A stretch of DNA of 64,000 nt, from positions 191,200-255,199 of the forward strand of contig CBDHCU010000001.1 in assembly GCA_965261325.1 (NCBI GenBank). Reading direction: 5' to 3'. A program made the position numbers and the translations under genes. The notes below the pieces were generated by a model. That model had not been told where the DNA came from, searched no databases, and saw nothing but the letters and a program-made list of their open reading frames with translations. This DNA comes from Dehalococcoidia bacterium (GTDB taxonomy: Bacteria > Chloroflexota > Dehalococcoidia > Lucifugimonadales > CAJWER01). Positions 55,402 to 64,000 of the stretch are shown here, piece by piece. The number at the start of each line of letters is the position of its first letter. Position 1 is the stretch's first letter.

Positions 55402-56724
55402 TTGACCAGGAACGCCCTTGCGTGCGTCGCTGTGGCGATCTGCGCTGCGCTGACGGCGTGCGCGGGAGGCGAGTCGGCAACCGGTCCCACGGCGGCCCCG
55501 CAGTCCACCACACAGGCAATCCTCACACCTGCACCCACGCCGCCGGAAACGGCAGCGCCAGCCCCAACGGCCATTTCGGCTGCCACGTCCACTCCCGGAC
55601 CTGGCAGACTTCCCCGGCTGGACGTCGAGCCTGCCTTCCCAAACCTGTCCCTGGACCGCATGGTCCATCTCACCTACCCGCCCGGTGGCGGTGACCGGCT
55701 CTACATAGTGCTGCAGCCGGGCCGGATCGTCTCCTTCGATAACCGGCGGGATGCCGCGACTGTCGAAACTTTCCTGGACATCCTGGGCCGGGTGAACGAT
55801 CAGGGCAACGAGGAGGGGCTGCTCGGGCTCGCCTTCGATCCTGCCTACGAATCCAACGGCTACTTCTATGTCTACTACTCGGCTGCGGGCCCGAGGCGCT
55901 CCGTCATCTCGAGATTCTCGGTCGATTCCGGCGACCCGGGCAAGGCCGACGTGTCGAGCGAGAAGCAGGTCATGGTCATCCCGCAGCCCTACAGCAATCA
56001 CAATGGAGGGCACCTGGTCTTCGGGCCGGACGGGTATCTCTACATCGGCGTCGGCGACGGGGGCAGCGCCAACGACCCTCAGGGACATGGGCAGGACAGG
56101 ACGACCTTGCTTGGGACCATCCTTCGCATCGACGTGTCGACGATCGACTCCGAGGGACGCTACGCGGTCCCGCCCGACAACCCGTTCGTGGGAGAGGGAG
56201 GCGGGGTGAGGGAGGAGATCTGGGCCTACGGGCTCAGGAATCCCTGGCGGTTCAACTTCGACAGCGCGACCGGCGATCTGTGGGCCGCCGACGTCGGCCA
56301 GAACGCCTGGGAGGAGGTGGACATCGTCCGGCCGGGCCTCAACTACGGATGGAATGTCATGGAGGGGGCGCACTGCTTCGCCGGAGGCAGGAGCCTTGGG
56401 AGCCTGCTGCGGAGGGGACCGGGCGAGTGCGACCAGGACGGCCTCGAGCTGCCGGTGGTCGAGTACGACCGGGACGGAGGCTGCTCCGTCACCGGCGGGT
56501 ACGTGTACAGGGGCGCGAGACTGCCGTCACTGGCCGGGGCGTATGTCTACGGCGACTTCTGCAGCGGCAAGATATGGGCCGTGCGGCAGGAGGGCGGCGC
56601 GGTCACCGAGCACCGGCTGCTCGTCGACTCATCCCTGCGTCTCGCGGCCTTCGGCGAGGGGCCCGAAGGCGAACTGTACATGCTCTCCTTCGACGAGAAG
56701 ATATACCGATTCACAGAGCCGTAG
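55402..56724 (+). CDS. PQQ-dependent sugar (glucose/sorbosone) dehydrogenase-like beta-propeller lipoprotein
   Basis: Lipobox ALTACAGG, ...EEGLLGLAFDP..., ...HNGGHLVFGPDGYLYIGVGDGG..., ...RNPWRF.FD..TGDLW.ADVGQN.WEE... Confidence 0.85.
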   Translation: MTRNALACVAVAICAALTACAGGESATGPTAAPQSTTQAILTPAPTPPETAAPAPTAISAATSTPGPGRLPRLDVEPAFPNLSLDRMVHLTYPPGGGDRLYIVLQPGRIVSFDNRRDAATVETFLDILGRVNDQGNEEGLLGLAFDPAYESNGYFYVYYSAAGPRRSVISRFSVDSGDPGKADVSSEKQVMVIPQPYSNHNGGHLVFGPDGYLYIGVGDGGSANDPQGHGQDRTTLLGTILRIDVSTIDSEGRYAVPPDNPFVGEGGGVREEIWAYGLRNPWRFNFDSATGDLWAADVGQNAWEEVDIVRPGLNYGWNVMEGAHCFAGGRSLGSLLRRGPGECDQDGLELPVVEYDRDGGCSVTGGYVYRGARLPSLAGAYVYGDFCSGKIWAVRQEGGAVTEHRLLVDSSLRLAAFGEGPEGELYMLSFDEKIYRFTEP

Positions 56725-56951
56725 AGCTTATCTCGAAGAGATCGGCCACGGTCGGGCCACTCCGCTGCCGCACAATCACACCGCAGTCCGCGGCCTCGCG
56801 CGTCAAGCTATGGGGCAAGAGCAAGGGGAAGCGCGTTCGCCCTGAGCCTGTCGAAGGGCAGTCCTACGCCAATGCTGATGGACTGGAGGTAGTCTCCCGG
56901 CGCCAGCCGGGCCATTACGGAAATCCGACTCTGCTATAATCATATGTCTGT

Positions 56952-57041
56952 GGAGAGGTGGCCGAGCGGTTTAAGGCGCCGGTCTCGAAAACCGGTATGG
57001 GAGCAATCTCATCGTGGGTTCGAATCCCACCCTCTCCGCCA
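56952..57041 (+). tRNA. tRNA-Ser (CGA)
   Basis: Acceptor GGAGAGG/CCTCTCC, anticodon stem CCGGT/ACCGG with loop CTCGAAA, long variable arm, T-loop TTCGAAT, encoded CCA. Confidence 0.9.
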
Positions 57042-57042
57042 G

Positions 57043-57132
57043 GGAGAGATGCCAGAGTGGCCGATTGGGCGCGACTGGAAATCGCGTGTCGCTGCAAGGC
57101 GACCGTGGGTTCGAATCCCACTCTCTCCGCCA
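57043..57132 (+). tRNA. tRNA-Ser (GGA)
   Basis: Acceptor GGAGAGA/TCTCTCC, anticodon stem CGCGA/TCGCG with loop CTGGAAA, long variable arm, encoded CCA. Separated from the previous tRNA by 1 nt. Confidence 0.9.
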
Positions 57133-57175
57133 CCAAGCCATTCCACATTCCCGTAGCCCTAGCGATGGCACTCAT

Positions 57176-57586
57176 TCAGCCGACGTCCGTCGTGGCCCCA
57201 GGCCACTCGGGCATAGGCTTTACGTGCTCTTCGAGCCACGAGCGGAGCTCGGCGAAGCGGAAAGAGTTCGTCTCGAACAGTTTCATGAAGTGATCGTGGG
57301 CCTCTTCGCTGTCGCAGTCGATGAAGCTGCCGTTCATGCGCAGGAAGGTGTCTGTGGCGGCGAGCGCGGTGCGTTTGTTGCCGTCGATGAAGGGGTGGTT
57401 CATGGCAAGGCTTTCCAGCATTGCCGCAGCCTCTTCGATGATGTCGGCGTAGTATCCGAGCTGCGGACGCATCATGGCGGAAGCCAGAGCTCCTGGATCG
57501 CGCAGGCCCTTCGAGCCGCCCGTCTCGCGAATCAGTACGCCGTGAATTGCGACGACCTCCTCAATCGAGGGGAAGTCGTGGTTCAC
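57176..57586 (-). CDS. doc: Fic/Doc family toxin (death-on-curing type)
   Basis: ...IHGVLIRETGGSKGLRDPGALASA... and the Fic motif HPFIDGNKRTALAA. Confidence 0.9.
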   Translation of the reverse strand: MNHDFPSIEEVVAIHGVLIRETGGSKGLRDPGALASAMMRPQLGYYADIIEEAAAMLESLAMNHPFIDGNKRTALAATDTFLRMNGSFIDCDSEEAHDHFMKLFETNSFRFAELRSWLEEHVKPMPEWPGATTDVG

Positions 57587-57810
57587 TGAGCGAGCAATTC
57601 GTGCAGACGCCTGTTCTTCTCCAAGCTGGCGTGGAAATGGGCCATCACCTCCGGACGAATCTTCTGCTGGGCTTTGTTGTCAAGGTATTCCCGCATGGCA
57701 TCTTCCAGCACCGTTTGGAAGTGACGCCCTTCTTCGTGGGCAACTTTCCGCAAAGCCGCCAATAGATCCGGGGAAGCTTGGGTGGAAAACTTCTCTCGTG
57801 TCGCGACCAT
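57583..57810 (-). CDS. Ribbon-helix-helix type antitoxin partner of Doc
   Basis: 75 aa (...KFSTQASPDLLAALRKVAHEEGRHFQTVLEDAMREYL...). It overlaps the doc start by 4 nt. Confidence 0.75.
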   Translation of the reverse strand: MVATREKFSTQASPDLLAALRKVAHEEGRHFQTVLEDAMREYLDNKAQQKIRPEVMAHFHASLEKNRRLHELLAQ

Positions 57811-57882
57811 GGGGCGAGCCTCCTATGCGGATTCTCTCCATTATCGAGCCAGGAGGCCAACCGGTCAAGAAACGTCTTGATA

Positions 57883-58026
57883 CTAGTATCGATTCAAGGT
57901 AGTTTTGGCGAACGTCCAGCCCCCCGCCCCTCTGGGTTCCCGCCCCGTATCGAGTACGGGGCAGGCTTTTCGCGGGAATGACGGCAATCCGAGGGTTCTG
58001 TCATATTTAGATTGAAGCAGTACTAG
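57883..58026 (+). mobile_element. MITE3 copy a (144 bp, long-form R1 core)
   Basis: Imperfect TIR ACTAGTATCGATTCAA / TTGAAGCAGTACTAGT (13 of 16). The interior equals copy b except for the R1 loop cassette. Confidence 0.8.
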
Positions 58027-58167
58027 TGGTCAACCCCTGATGGCACATCTCCCTTACTATACCTATGCCGACGAGCCAATCTTGGCGGATTCTTCAGCTA
58101 TGGATTGCCCCCGCCGCGTTGGCCGCCCCATGACAGTCGAACGCAGGCGGTTTCCGTAGCTGTAGGG

Positions 58168-58311
58168 CCCAGATCCACCACCTAATTTGGACGGATGGCG
58201 TGACGGACTGCCTCTGAGGCTATGGCTGTGCATCTTGCCGGGGATGGGTTCCCGCCCCCGACTGCTCGGGGGCAGGCTCTTCGCGGGAATGACGGAGGTG
58301 GGGGATTTGGG
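58168..58311 (+). mobile_element. MITE2 copy c (144 bp)
   Basis: Near-identical to 8551..8694. Flanked by TAGGG on both sides. Confidence 0.85.
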
Positions 58312-58389
58312 TAGGGACGGCTGGCTTGTCATCCGCCGCCTACGGCCTTAGAATCATCGCAGCACAGGAATTTGGCACTGGAGGGCATC

Positions 58390-59793
58390 ATGAGCGAGGA
58401 CACCAGGCTGATAGCCCACCTGATGCGCCGGGCAGGCTTCGGCGCGACCCGCGAGGAGATAGAGGCGTACGCTGCCAAGGGGTACGACGCGACGGTCGAG
58501 GAGTTGATCGACCCGCCCGACACACGCTGGATGGGCGACTACATGGCCCGGCGGTTCCACCACGAGCAGTCGGGCATGATGGGGCCGTGGGGCAGCGGCG
58601 ACAACTGGCTGTACCGGATGATCACGACGAGCGCGCCCCTCACCGAGAAGACGGCGCTGTTCTGGCACGGCATCTTCGCCACCGGCTACCCGAAGGTCAT
58701 CCACGGCAAGATGCTGTCGGACCAGATAAAGATGTTCCGCCGATACGGACTCGGCAACTTCAGGACGCTCCTCGTCGAGCTGGCCAGGGATCCGGCGATG
58801 ATCGTCTGGCTCGACAACTACGACAACCACGATAAGGCCATCAACGAGAACTTCGGCCGCGAGTTGCTGGAGCTCTTCTCGATGGGCGTTGGCAGCTACA
58901 CGGAGCAGGACATCAAGGAGTGTTCCCGCGCCTTCACCGGCTGGACCATCGGCAACACCGAGTACATGGTGCTGCGTTCTGAGCGGGACTCGGACTGGCC
59001 CTACGGGCGTATATCGTGGCACTTCGACTACAACGCGGACGACCACGACGAAGGCGAGAAGGAATTCCTGGGCAGGAAGGGCAACTTCAACGGCGAGGAC
59101 ATCATCGACATGATCTGCGAGGAGGAGTCGACCGCGCGGTTCATCGCGCGGCACATGTACCACTTCTTCGTCGCTGACGAGCCGCCGGTGCCGTCGTGGC
59201 CCTACACCCCGCCCCGGGACCCCGCAGCCATAGACACGCTCGTGAAGGCCTATTTCGACAGCGTCTACGACATCAAGTCGATGCTCCGGGCGCTTTTCAC
59301 GTCGGACTTCTTCAAGGCCGAGGACATCAGGTACGAGAAGGTGAAGAGTCCGGCGGAGTTCGTCGCGGGCGTCCTGCGGCTCACTGGCGAGTTCGACAGG
59401 CCCAGACGCGAGATCATGGACCGGGCCCGGCAGATGGTCTACATGGGCCAGCACCTGAACAACCCGCCGAGCGTCGAGGGCTGGCACCAGGGCGTCGAGT
59501 GGCTGGACACGGGGACCCTGGTCGAGCGGATCAACTTCGCGTCCGAGCAGGTCGGGGACCTGAAGAAGCCGGGCGTGAAGACCATGGTCGAGAACATCGC
59601 CTCCAGGAACGGCGAGATGCTCTCCGCCCAGAGCCTGATCGACCTCTGCCTGGAGCAGATGGGCGGCATCCAGGTCTCCGACGCGTCGCGCGATATCCTG
59701 GTCGACTTTGCCGAGCAGGCCGACCGCTCGCCGGAGGCAATAGCAGGGGTCCTGAGGCTGTCGACCGCGACCGACGAGTTCCAACGATCGTAG
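58390..59793 (+). CDS. DUF1800 domain protein
   Basis: MSEDTRLIAHLMRRAGFGATREEIEAY... N terminus, ...FWHGIFAT..., ...MIVWLDN..N....NENFGRELLELFSMG... Confidence 0.8.
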   Translation: MSEDTRLIAHLMRRAGFGATREEIEAYAAKGYDATVEELIDPPDTRWMGDYMARRFHHEQSGMMGPWGSGDNWLYRMITTSAPLTEKTALFWHGIFATGYPKVIHGKMLSDQIKMFRRYGLGNFRTLLVELARDPAMIVWLDNYDNHDKAINENFGRELLELFSMGVGSYTEQDIKECSRAFTGWTIGNTEYMVLRSERDSDWPYGRISWHFDYNADDHDEGEKEFLGRKGNFNGEDIIDMICEEESTARFIARHMYHFFVADEPPVPSWPYTPPRDPAAIDTLVKAYFDSVYDIKSMLRALFTSDFFKAEDIRYEKVKSPAEFVAGVLRLTGEFDRPRREIMDRARQMVYMGQHLNNPPSVEGWHQGVEWLDTGTLVERINFASEQVGDLKKPGVKTMVENIASRNGEMLSAQSLIDLCLEQMGGIQVSDASRDILVDFAEQADRSPEAIAGVLRLSTATDEFQRS

Positions 59794-59833
59794 ACAGCCC
59801 CGCACGGTTACGGAGCAGGCAAAGGTCATTGCA

Positions 59834-60847
59834 ATGGTCCAGGTCAAGAGTCCGAAAGCTGGGTTGATCGAGTACGACATGACGGTGGGAATGACGGCCA
59901 TGGAGGGCCGCGGTTTCTACTATCCGACCGACCTGGCAATCGGCAGGGATGGCCGCTTCTACGTGGTCAACCGCTCGCTCGAGAGCGTCGACCGGGGCGT
60001 CCGCGTCACGATGTGCGACATCGACAGCGAGTACTACGGCATCTTCGGCACCTACGGCAAGGGCGATGGGCAGTTCGTCTGGGCGAGCTGCGCCGCCATA
60101 GACAGCGAGGACCGCGTCTACATCACTGACGAGTACCTGAGCCGCGTGTCGGTCTTCGACCCTGAAGGCAATTTTCTGCACAGGTGGGGCGAGAGCGGCG
60201 TTGGAGACGGAGAGCTGGATGGGGCGTCGGGCATAGCGATAGACAGCGCGGACTCCGTCTACGTCGCCGACACGTACAACGGACGCGTCCAGAGGTTCAC
60301 GTCCGACGGTCGCCACATGCTCACGTTCGGGAGCGGAGAGCTGGACCTGCCATGGGGGCTGACTGTGGCGCCGTCTGGAGACGTGTACGTGGCGGACTGG
60401 GGAAACGACCGCATCGCCCGCTTCGCGCCTTCCGGCGAGCTGGCTGGCTCTTACGGCAGGCCCGGCCGGGGCGACGGCGAGCTGATGAGGCCCGCGAGCG
60501 TGGCTGTCGACGACGACGGCTACATGTACATCGCCGACTGGGGGAACGAGCGCGTACAGGTGCTGGACCCCGACGGCGCGTTCGTCATGAAGACGCGGGG
60601 CGAAGCGACGTTGTCCAAGTGGGCCGCGAACTTCCTGAGGATCAATGCTGAGGAGGGGGATGCCCGCTCGCGTGCAAACCTGGAGCCGGAGATCGAGCTG
60701 TTCGACCCGGACGACCCGCACGAGGAGTCCTCGAAGATAGAGAAGCTCTTCTGGGCCCCCGTATCGATAAAGCTAGACTCGTCCGGCCGGCTGCTCGTTA
60801 CGGAGGGCAACCGCCACAGGATCCAGGTATTCCGCAAGGCCGCCTGA
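59834..60847 (+). CDS. NHL-repeat beta-propeller protein
   Basis: Six repeats of the type G.GDG.F..P.G.AVD..G..YVAD..N.RVQ.F...G. Confidence 0.85.
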   Translation: MVQVKSPKAGLIEYDMTVGMTAMEGRGFYYPTDLAIGRDGRFYVVNRSLESVDRGVRVTMCDIDSEYYGIFGTYGKGDGQFVWASCAAIDSEDRVYITDEYLSRVSVFDPEGNFLHRWGESGVGDGELDGASGIAIDSADSVYVADTYNGRVQRFTSDGRHMLTFGSGELDLPWGLTVAPSGDVYVADWGNDRIARFAPSGELAGSYGRPGRGDGELMRPASVAVDDDGYMYIADWGNERVQVLDPDGAFVMKTRGEATLSKWAANFLRINAEEGDARSRANLEPEIELFDPDDPHEESSKIEKLFWAPVSIKLDSSGRLLVTEGNRHRIQVFRKAA

Positions 60848-60870
60848 GAGCACACACAAAGGAGCGCACA

Positions 60871-62010
60871 ATGAGCAGCAACGGCAAGAACGGGAGCCAT
60901 CGCTCGGTCGTGATCCTGCAGCTATCGGGAGGGAACGACGCCCTCAACTCGGTGATCCCCTACGGCAACGGCCTCTACTACGACTTCCGGCCCCACGTCC
61001 ACATCGACGCGGACAATGTGCTCGCGCTCGACGACGAGCTGGGCCTGAACCCGAGCATGACGGCGATGAAGGGGCTTTGGGACGAGGGCAAGCTGGCCAT
61101 CATCAACGGCATCGGCTACCCGAACCCCAACCGCTCGCACTTCCGCTCGATGGACGTGTGGCACACCGCCGAGAGCGAGAAGATCGGCGAGGAGGGGTGG
61201 CTCGGAAGGGCCATCCGCGACATAGACCCCAAGGCCGAGAACGTCCTCACGGGCGTGAACTTCGGCCGCGGCCTTCCCAGGGCACTGTACGCCCAAGGAG
61301 TGCCCGTCGCATCCGTTGGGAACCTGGAGACGTACGGCCTCTTCCCGGACATCGAGGACGAGAAGCTGCGGGCCTATGCCCTCGACTCATTCTCGAGGAT
61401 GTACGGAGCACAGGCCGGGGACAACGTCTCGCAATTCATCAAGCAGACCGGCTCGGACGCCCTAAAGGGCGCGGACATACTCCGCACCGCCCCGGAGCAG
61501 TACTCGTCGAGCGTCGAGTACGCGGACAATCCCATTGCCCAGAGCATGAAGTCCATCGCGCAGGTGATGACCGCCGACCTGGGCACGCGGGTCTACTACA
61601 CGCAGCACGGCAGCTTCGACACCCACGCGGGAGAGCTGCGGAGCCACTCGCTGCTCTGGAGCGAGGTCTCAGACGCCGTCGGCGACTTCATGGACGACCT
61701 CGACGAGCACGGCTTGGCCGACGACGCGGTGGTGCTGATGTTCTCCGAGTTCGGCCGGCGCATTAGGGACAACGGCGCGGGCACGGACCACGGCTCGGGC
61801 GGCGCCGCCTTCGTGGTCGGGGGCCAGGTGCAGGGCGGCCTGTACGGCGAGTACCCGTCGCTGGACGAGGACAAGCAGCTGGAAGGCGACCTGCACTTCA
61901 ACAACGACTTCCGCAGCACATACTCGACCATAGCCGACCGGTGGCTCGGCCTCGACCCGACGCCCATAACGAACGGCACCTATGAGCAGCACGAATTCCT
62001 GGTGAAGTAG
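60871..62010 (+). CDS. DUF1501 domain protein (sulfatase-like fold)
   Basis: ...VVILQLSGGNDALN..., ...SHF.S.D.W..., ...FDTH..., ...SEFGRR...N...GTDHG... Confidence 0.8.
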   Translation: MSSNGKNGSHRSVVILQLSGGNDALNSVIPYGNGLYYDFRPHVHIDADNVLALDDELGLNPSMTAMKGLWDEGKLAIINGIGYPNPNRSHFRSMDVWHTAESEKIGEEGWLGRAIRDIDPKAENVLTGVNFGRGLPRALYAQGVPVASVGNLETYGLFPDIEDEKLRAYALDSFSRMYGAQAGDNVSQFIKQTGSDALKGADILRTAPEQYSSSVEYADNPIAQSMKSIAQVMTADLGTRVYYTQHGSFDTHAGELRSHSLLWSEVSDAVGDFMDDLDEHGLADDAVVLMFSEFGRRIRDNGAGTDHGSGGAAFVVGGQVQGGLYGEYPSLDEDKQLEGDLHFNNDFRSTYSTIADRWLGLDPTPITNGTYEQHEFLVK

Positions 62011-62054
62011 ACAGGCAGTCTCGGCAGTATCGCGACTCGCCCACCGTAAGGGAG

Positions 62055-62437
62055 TTGGGGATGACTAACGCTCCCGAGAAGCTTTCGCTTGCCAAGGATC
62101 ATCTTGACAGAGTCCTTGCGGCGTGGGACGAGCCTACCGATTGGAAAGACTTGTCGGTATACGGGTTTCTTGCATTGAAGCGGCGGTGGATGCTGCTTCA
62201 ATGCACATCGGATCGCCGAGAAAACGGGATCACCTCACCAGAGAGCGTGCTGCCAAGGAACTGCATGATAGGTTTGGCCTGCCAGACGTCTCAGGTCTCC
62301 TGAACGAGCTCAATGACGCCCGGAAATCGGAACTCTATGGAGACGTCCCTGCGCCTGATCTGGACGCTGAAGATGTTGCATCAAGTATTGAGGCGTACTT
62401 AAACGCAGTAGAGCGGTTACTGACAACAGCTCCGTAG
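62055..62437 (+). pseudogene. HEPN-like domain protein, frameshifted
   Basis: ORF 62055.. (MTNAPEKLSLAKDHLDRVLAAWDEPTDWKDLSVYGF) continues in the -1 frame (62123..62437) as CIEAAVDAASMHIGSPRKRDHLTRERAAKELHDRFG...ARKSELYGD... The join lies near the GGGTTT tract at ~62163-62170. Confidence 0.55.
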
Positions 62438-62449
62438 GACTTGTGACGG

Positions 62450-63190
62450 ATGAATACACTGTTGGAAGTCGAACACGAAAGCAGCGGCGGATCACTCGAA
62501 AGGGCTATCCTAAGGTGGCCCACCAAGAGATCGAAGGAGTGGACGCTTGATCTGTTGGGCCGGGCGCCTGGCGACAAGAACATCACCGCTATAGTTGCAG
62601 TGGGGTCCACGACTCGGCCCGGTGTGCCAAGTACAGATCTCGACTTGATTGCGATTTGCGAAGACAGACTTGCCTTCAAGAGGAGGAACAGGGCTACGTT
62701 GGAGATCGACATCCGCATATACCGTTCTTCCGATGTCGAGGATTCCATTGAAAAGGGCCATGACATGCTTGGCTGGGCAGTCAAGTTTGGCAAGGTGCTG
62801 TTCCAGCGCGATGGCTATTGGGATGGGGTAGTTCGCCGTTGGCGGGAAAGACTTCCCTTCCCTGACATCGATTCCGCGTACGCCAGGGCATCGGACTCTT
62901 ACCGGTGGCTTTCCAGTTTCCACAGTGTGGGCGACACCGATGCGGCCTACGAGCATGCACTCTCTTACCTAACACACCTGGCTCGGGCGGCCCTTGTCGA
63001 ACGTGAGGTATACCCGGCTTCCAGGCCGGAACTGCCGGGACAGATGCGGGAAGTTTTTGCAGATACGCCTGCCATTGCCGTATGGCTCGAACGCCTGCTT
63101 CGCGGCCAACCCGCTCGACAAGAGATGGACGAGCTGATAGGCATCCGACTGCACGAGCAGAGGCTCCTCGTCGCATCTAACCCGGTGTGA
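62450..63190 (+). CDS. Nucleotidyltransferase (MNT-like) domain protein with C-terminal helical extension
   Basis: The ...AIVAVGSTTRPGVPSTDLDLIAI... block fits the minimal nucleotidyltransferase G-S-x(n)-D-x-D pattern. 246 aa. Directly downstream of the HEPN-like gene. Confidence 0.65.
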   Translation: MNTLLEVEHESSGGSLERAILRWPTKRSKEWTLDLLGRAPGDKNITAIVAVGSTTRPGVPSTDLDLIAICEDRLAFKRRNRATLEIDIRIYRSSDVEDSIEKGHDMLGWAVKFGKVLFQRDGYWDGVVRRWRERLPFPDIDSAYARASDSYRWLSSFHSVGDTDAAYEHALSYLTHLARAALVEREVYPASRPELPGQMREVFADTPAIAVWLERLLRGQPARQEMDELIGIRLHEQRLLVASNPV

Positions 63191-63395
63191 TCGGTCTCGA
63201 CCGGCTCTTACATTAGGCAGTGTTGATTCTCTCGTAAAAAGTCTGTGCAGGTCGAATTAGAACAACCGTACCCTTGCCTGGGTACAATATACAGTCTCTG
63301 TTCCGTGTACTACCCCAACATACGGTAGCGCTCACATGTGCTAAAGCGCTGGAACTTCCTCAAAACGGGTTTTTACGAGGGAATCAGTGTTGACA

Positions 63396-63700
63396 TTTGT
63401 GTCATTCCGAGCGCAGCGAGGAATCTAAGAACCTTGCACAAAGGCTACCACCTAGATTCTTCACTCCGCTGCGCTACGTTCAGAATCACTATGGCCTTGC
63501 GCAGGCCACATAAGGGGATGAAAATGGCGTGGCCTACCCCATCGTCACTCCCGCGAAGGCGGGAGTCCAGGGCGACTGGGCTCCGTGTCAGGTACAGAGC
63601 AGGCTCCAAGCCACCTGCCGGGGATGGGTTCCCGCCCCCGACTGCTCGGGGGCAGGCTCTTCGCGGGAATGACGGGTGTGGCTGTCTGCTGTCTATTTTC
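63396..63700. repeat. Pile of unrelated palindromic repeat units (R7 GTCATTCCGAGCGCAGCGAGGAATC type, R5, R1 variants)
   Basis: Read directly: R5 at 63491..63527, a TCACTCCCGCGAAGGCGGGAGTCC hairpin at ~63547-63570, and a long-form R1 at ~63619-63675. Confidence 0.75.
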
Positions 63701-63753
63701 ATAGCAATGACATTTGACTGGGAGCCGCTCGAATGTCAACACAACCTAGTGTC

Positions 63754-63876
63754 CCCAGATTCCCCACCTCCACATTCGGCGCCATATCTATCAGCCATCA
63801 CCCCGTAGGGGCTGGTTTCAAACCAGCCCTCCCCTTGCCATTAGGGCGTCGCCGCCATTTAGGTGGGGGATTTGGG
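63754..63876 (+). mobile_element. MITE2-like variant whose cargo is a GGCTGG-TTTCAAA-CCAGCC hairpin
   Basis: Ends are CCCAGATTCCCCACC ... GGTGGGGGATTTGGG. The internal hairpin lies at 63809..63829. Confidence 0.65.
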
Positions 63877-64000
63877 GTCACTGCTGCTCCTCCTTGAGAC
63901 CCCGGTATAGGCTGCATTCGCTCGGAATCGTTGCACCCGTAGTCAGGCAGTCGTTACTCTGATAGTTTCCCCTTGGAGGATGAACACGGATGCTGCGCAT

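Overview
GC-rich bacterial chromosomal window. About 45 credible CDS are mostly housekeeping or catabolic: pheST, aspS, rny, plsY, pdxST, tmk, folE, moeA, uxuA, a CoA-transferase/acyl-CoA synthetase/acyl-CoA dehydrogenase cluster and an Aap/Bzt-type amino-acid ABC transporter. There are 3 tRNAs (Asn-GTT, Ser-CGA, Ser-GGA). The gene content (RNase Y, PlsY, PdxST, R3H/SpoIIIAA-like ATPase) suggests a Chloroflexota-like organism, but that is inference only. Two things are unusual. (1) Nearly every intergenic gap carries small palindromic repeats or MITEs. I separate at least four TIR-bounded MITE families plus a hairpin core, called R1 here (GGGTTCCCGC..GCGGGAATGAC). I counted 30 R1 right arms on the + strand and found no canonical copy on the - strand. 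(2) A 1446-bp IS4-family element is present three times: 1..168 (partial), 1821..3266 and 20093..21538. Each copy sits in a GGGTTTSAAACCC palindrome just 3' of a three-member paralog family of unknown function (434..1741, 3464..4882, 21715..23149). These paralogs have a near-consensus promoter with an apparently leaderless start, an internal domain duplication, 24-bp tandem repeats, and a variable linker built from palindromic repeat units carried in frame. This resembles Rickettsia RPEs and is my best candidate for something undescribed. Several genes are broken at homopolymer or simple-repeat tracts: two of the three paralogs, a class IV aminotransferase and a HEPN gene. A RelE/ParE gene has a TAG at codon 2. 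These could be real decay or phase variation, or sequencing error. I found no CRISPR array, rRNA, reverse transcriptase or recognisable multi-gene defence system. All family calls come from motif recognition by eye; no searches were run.
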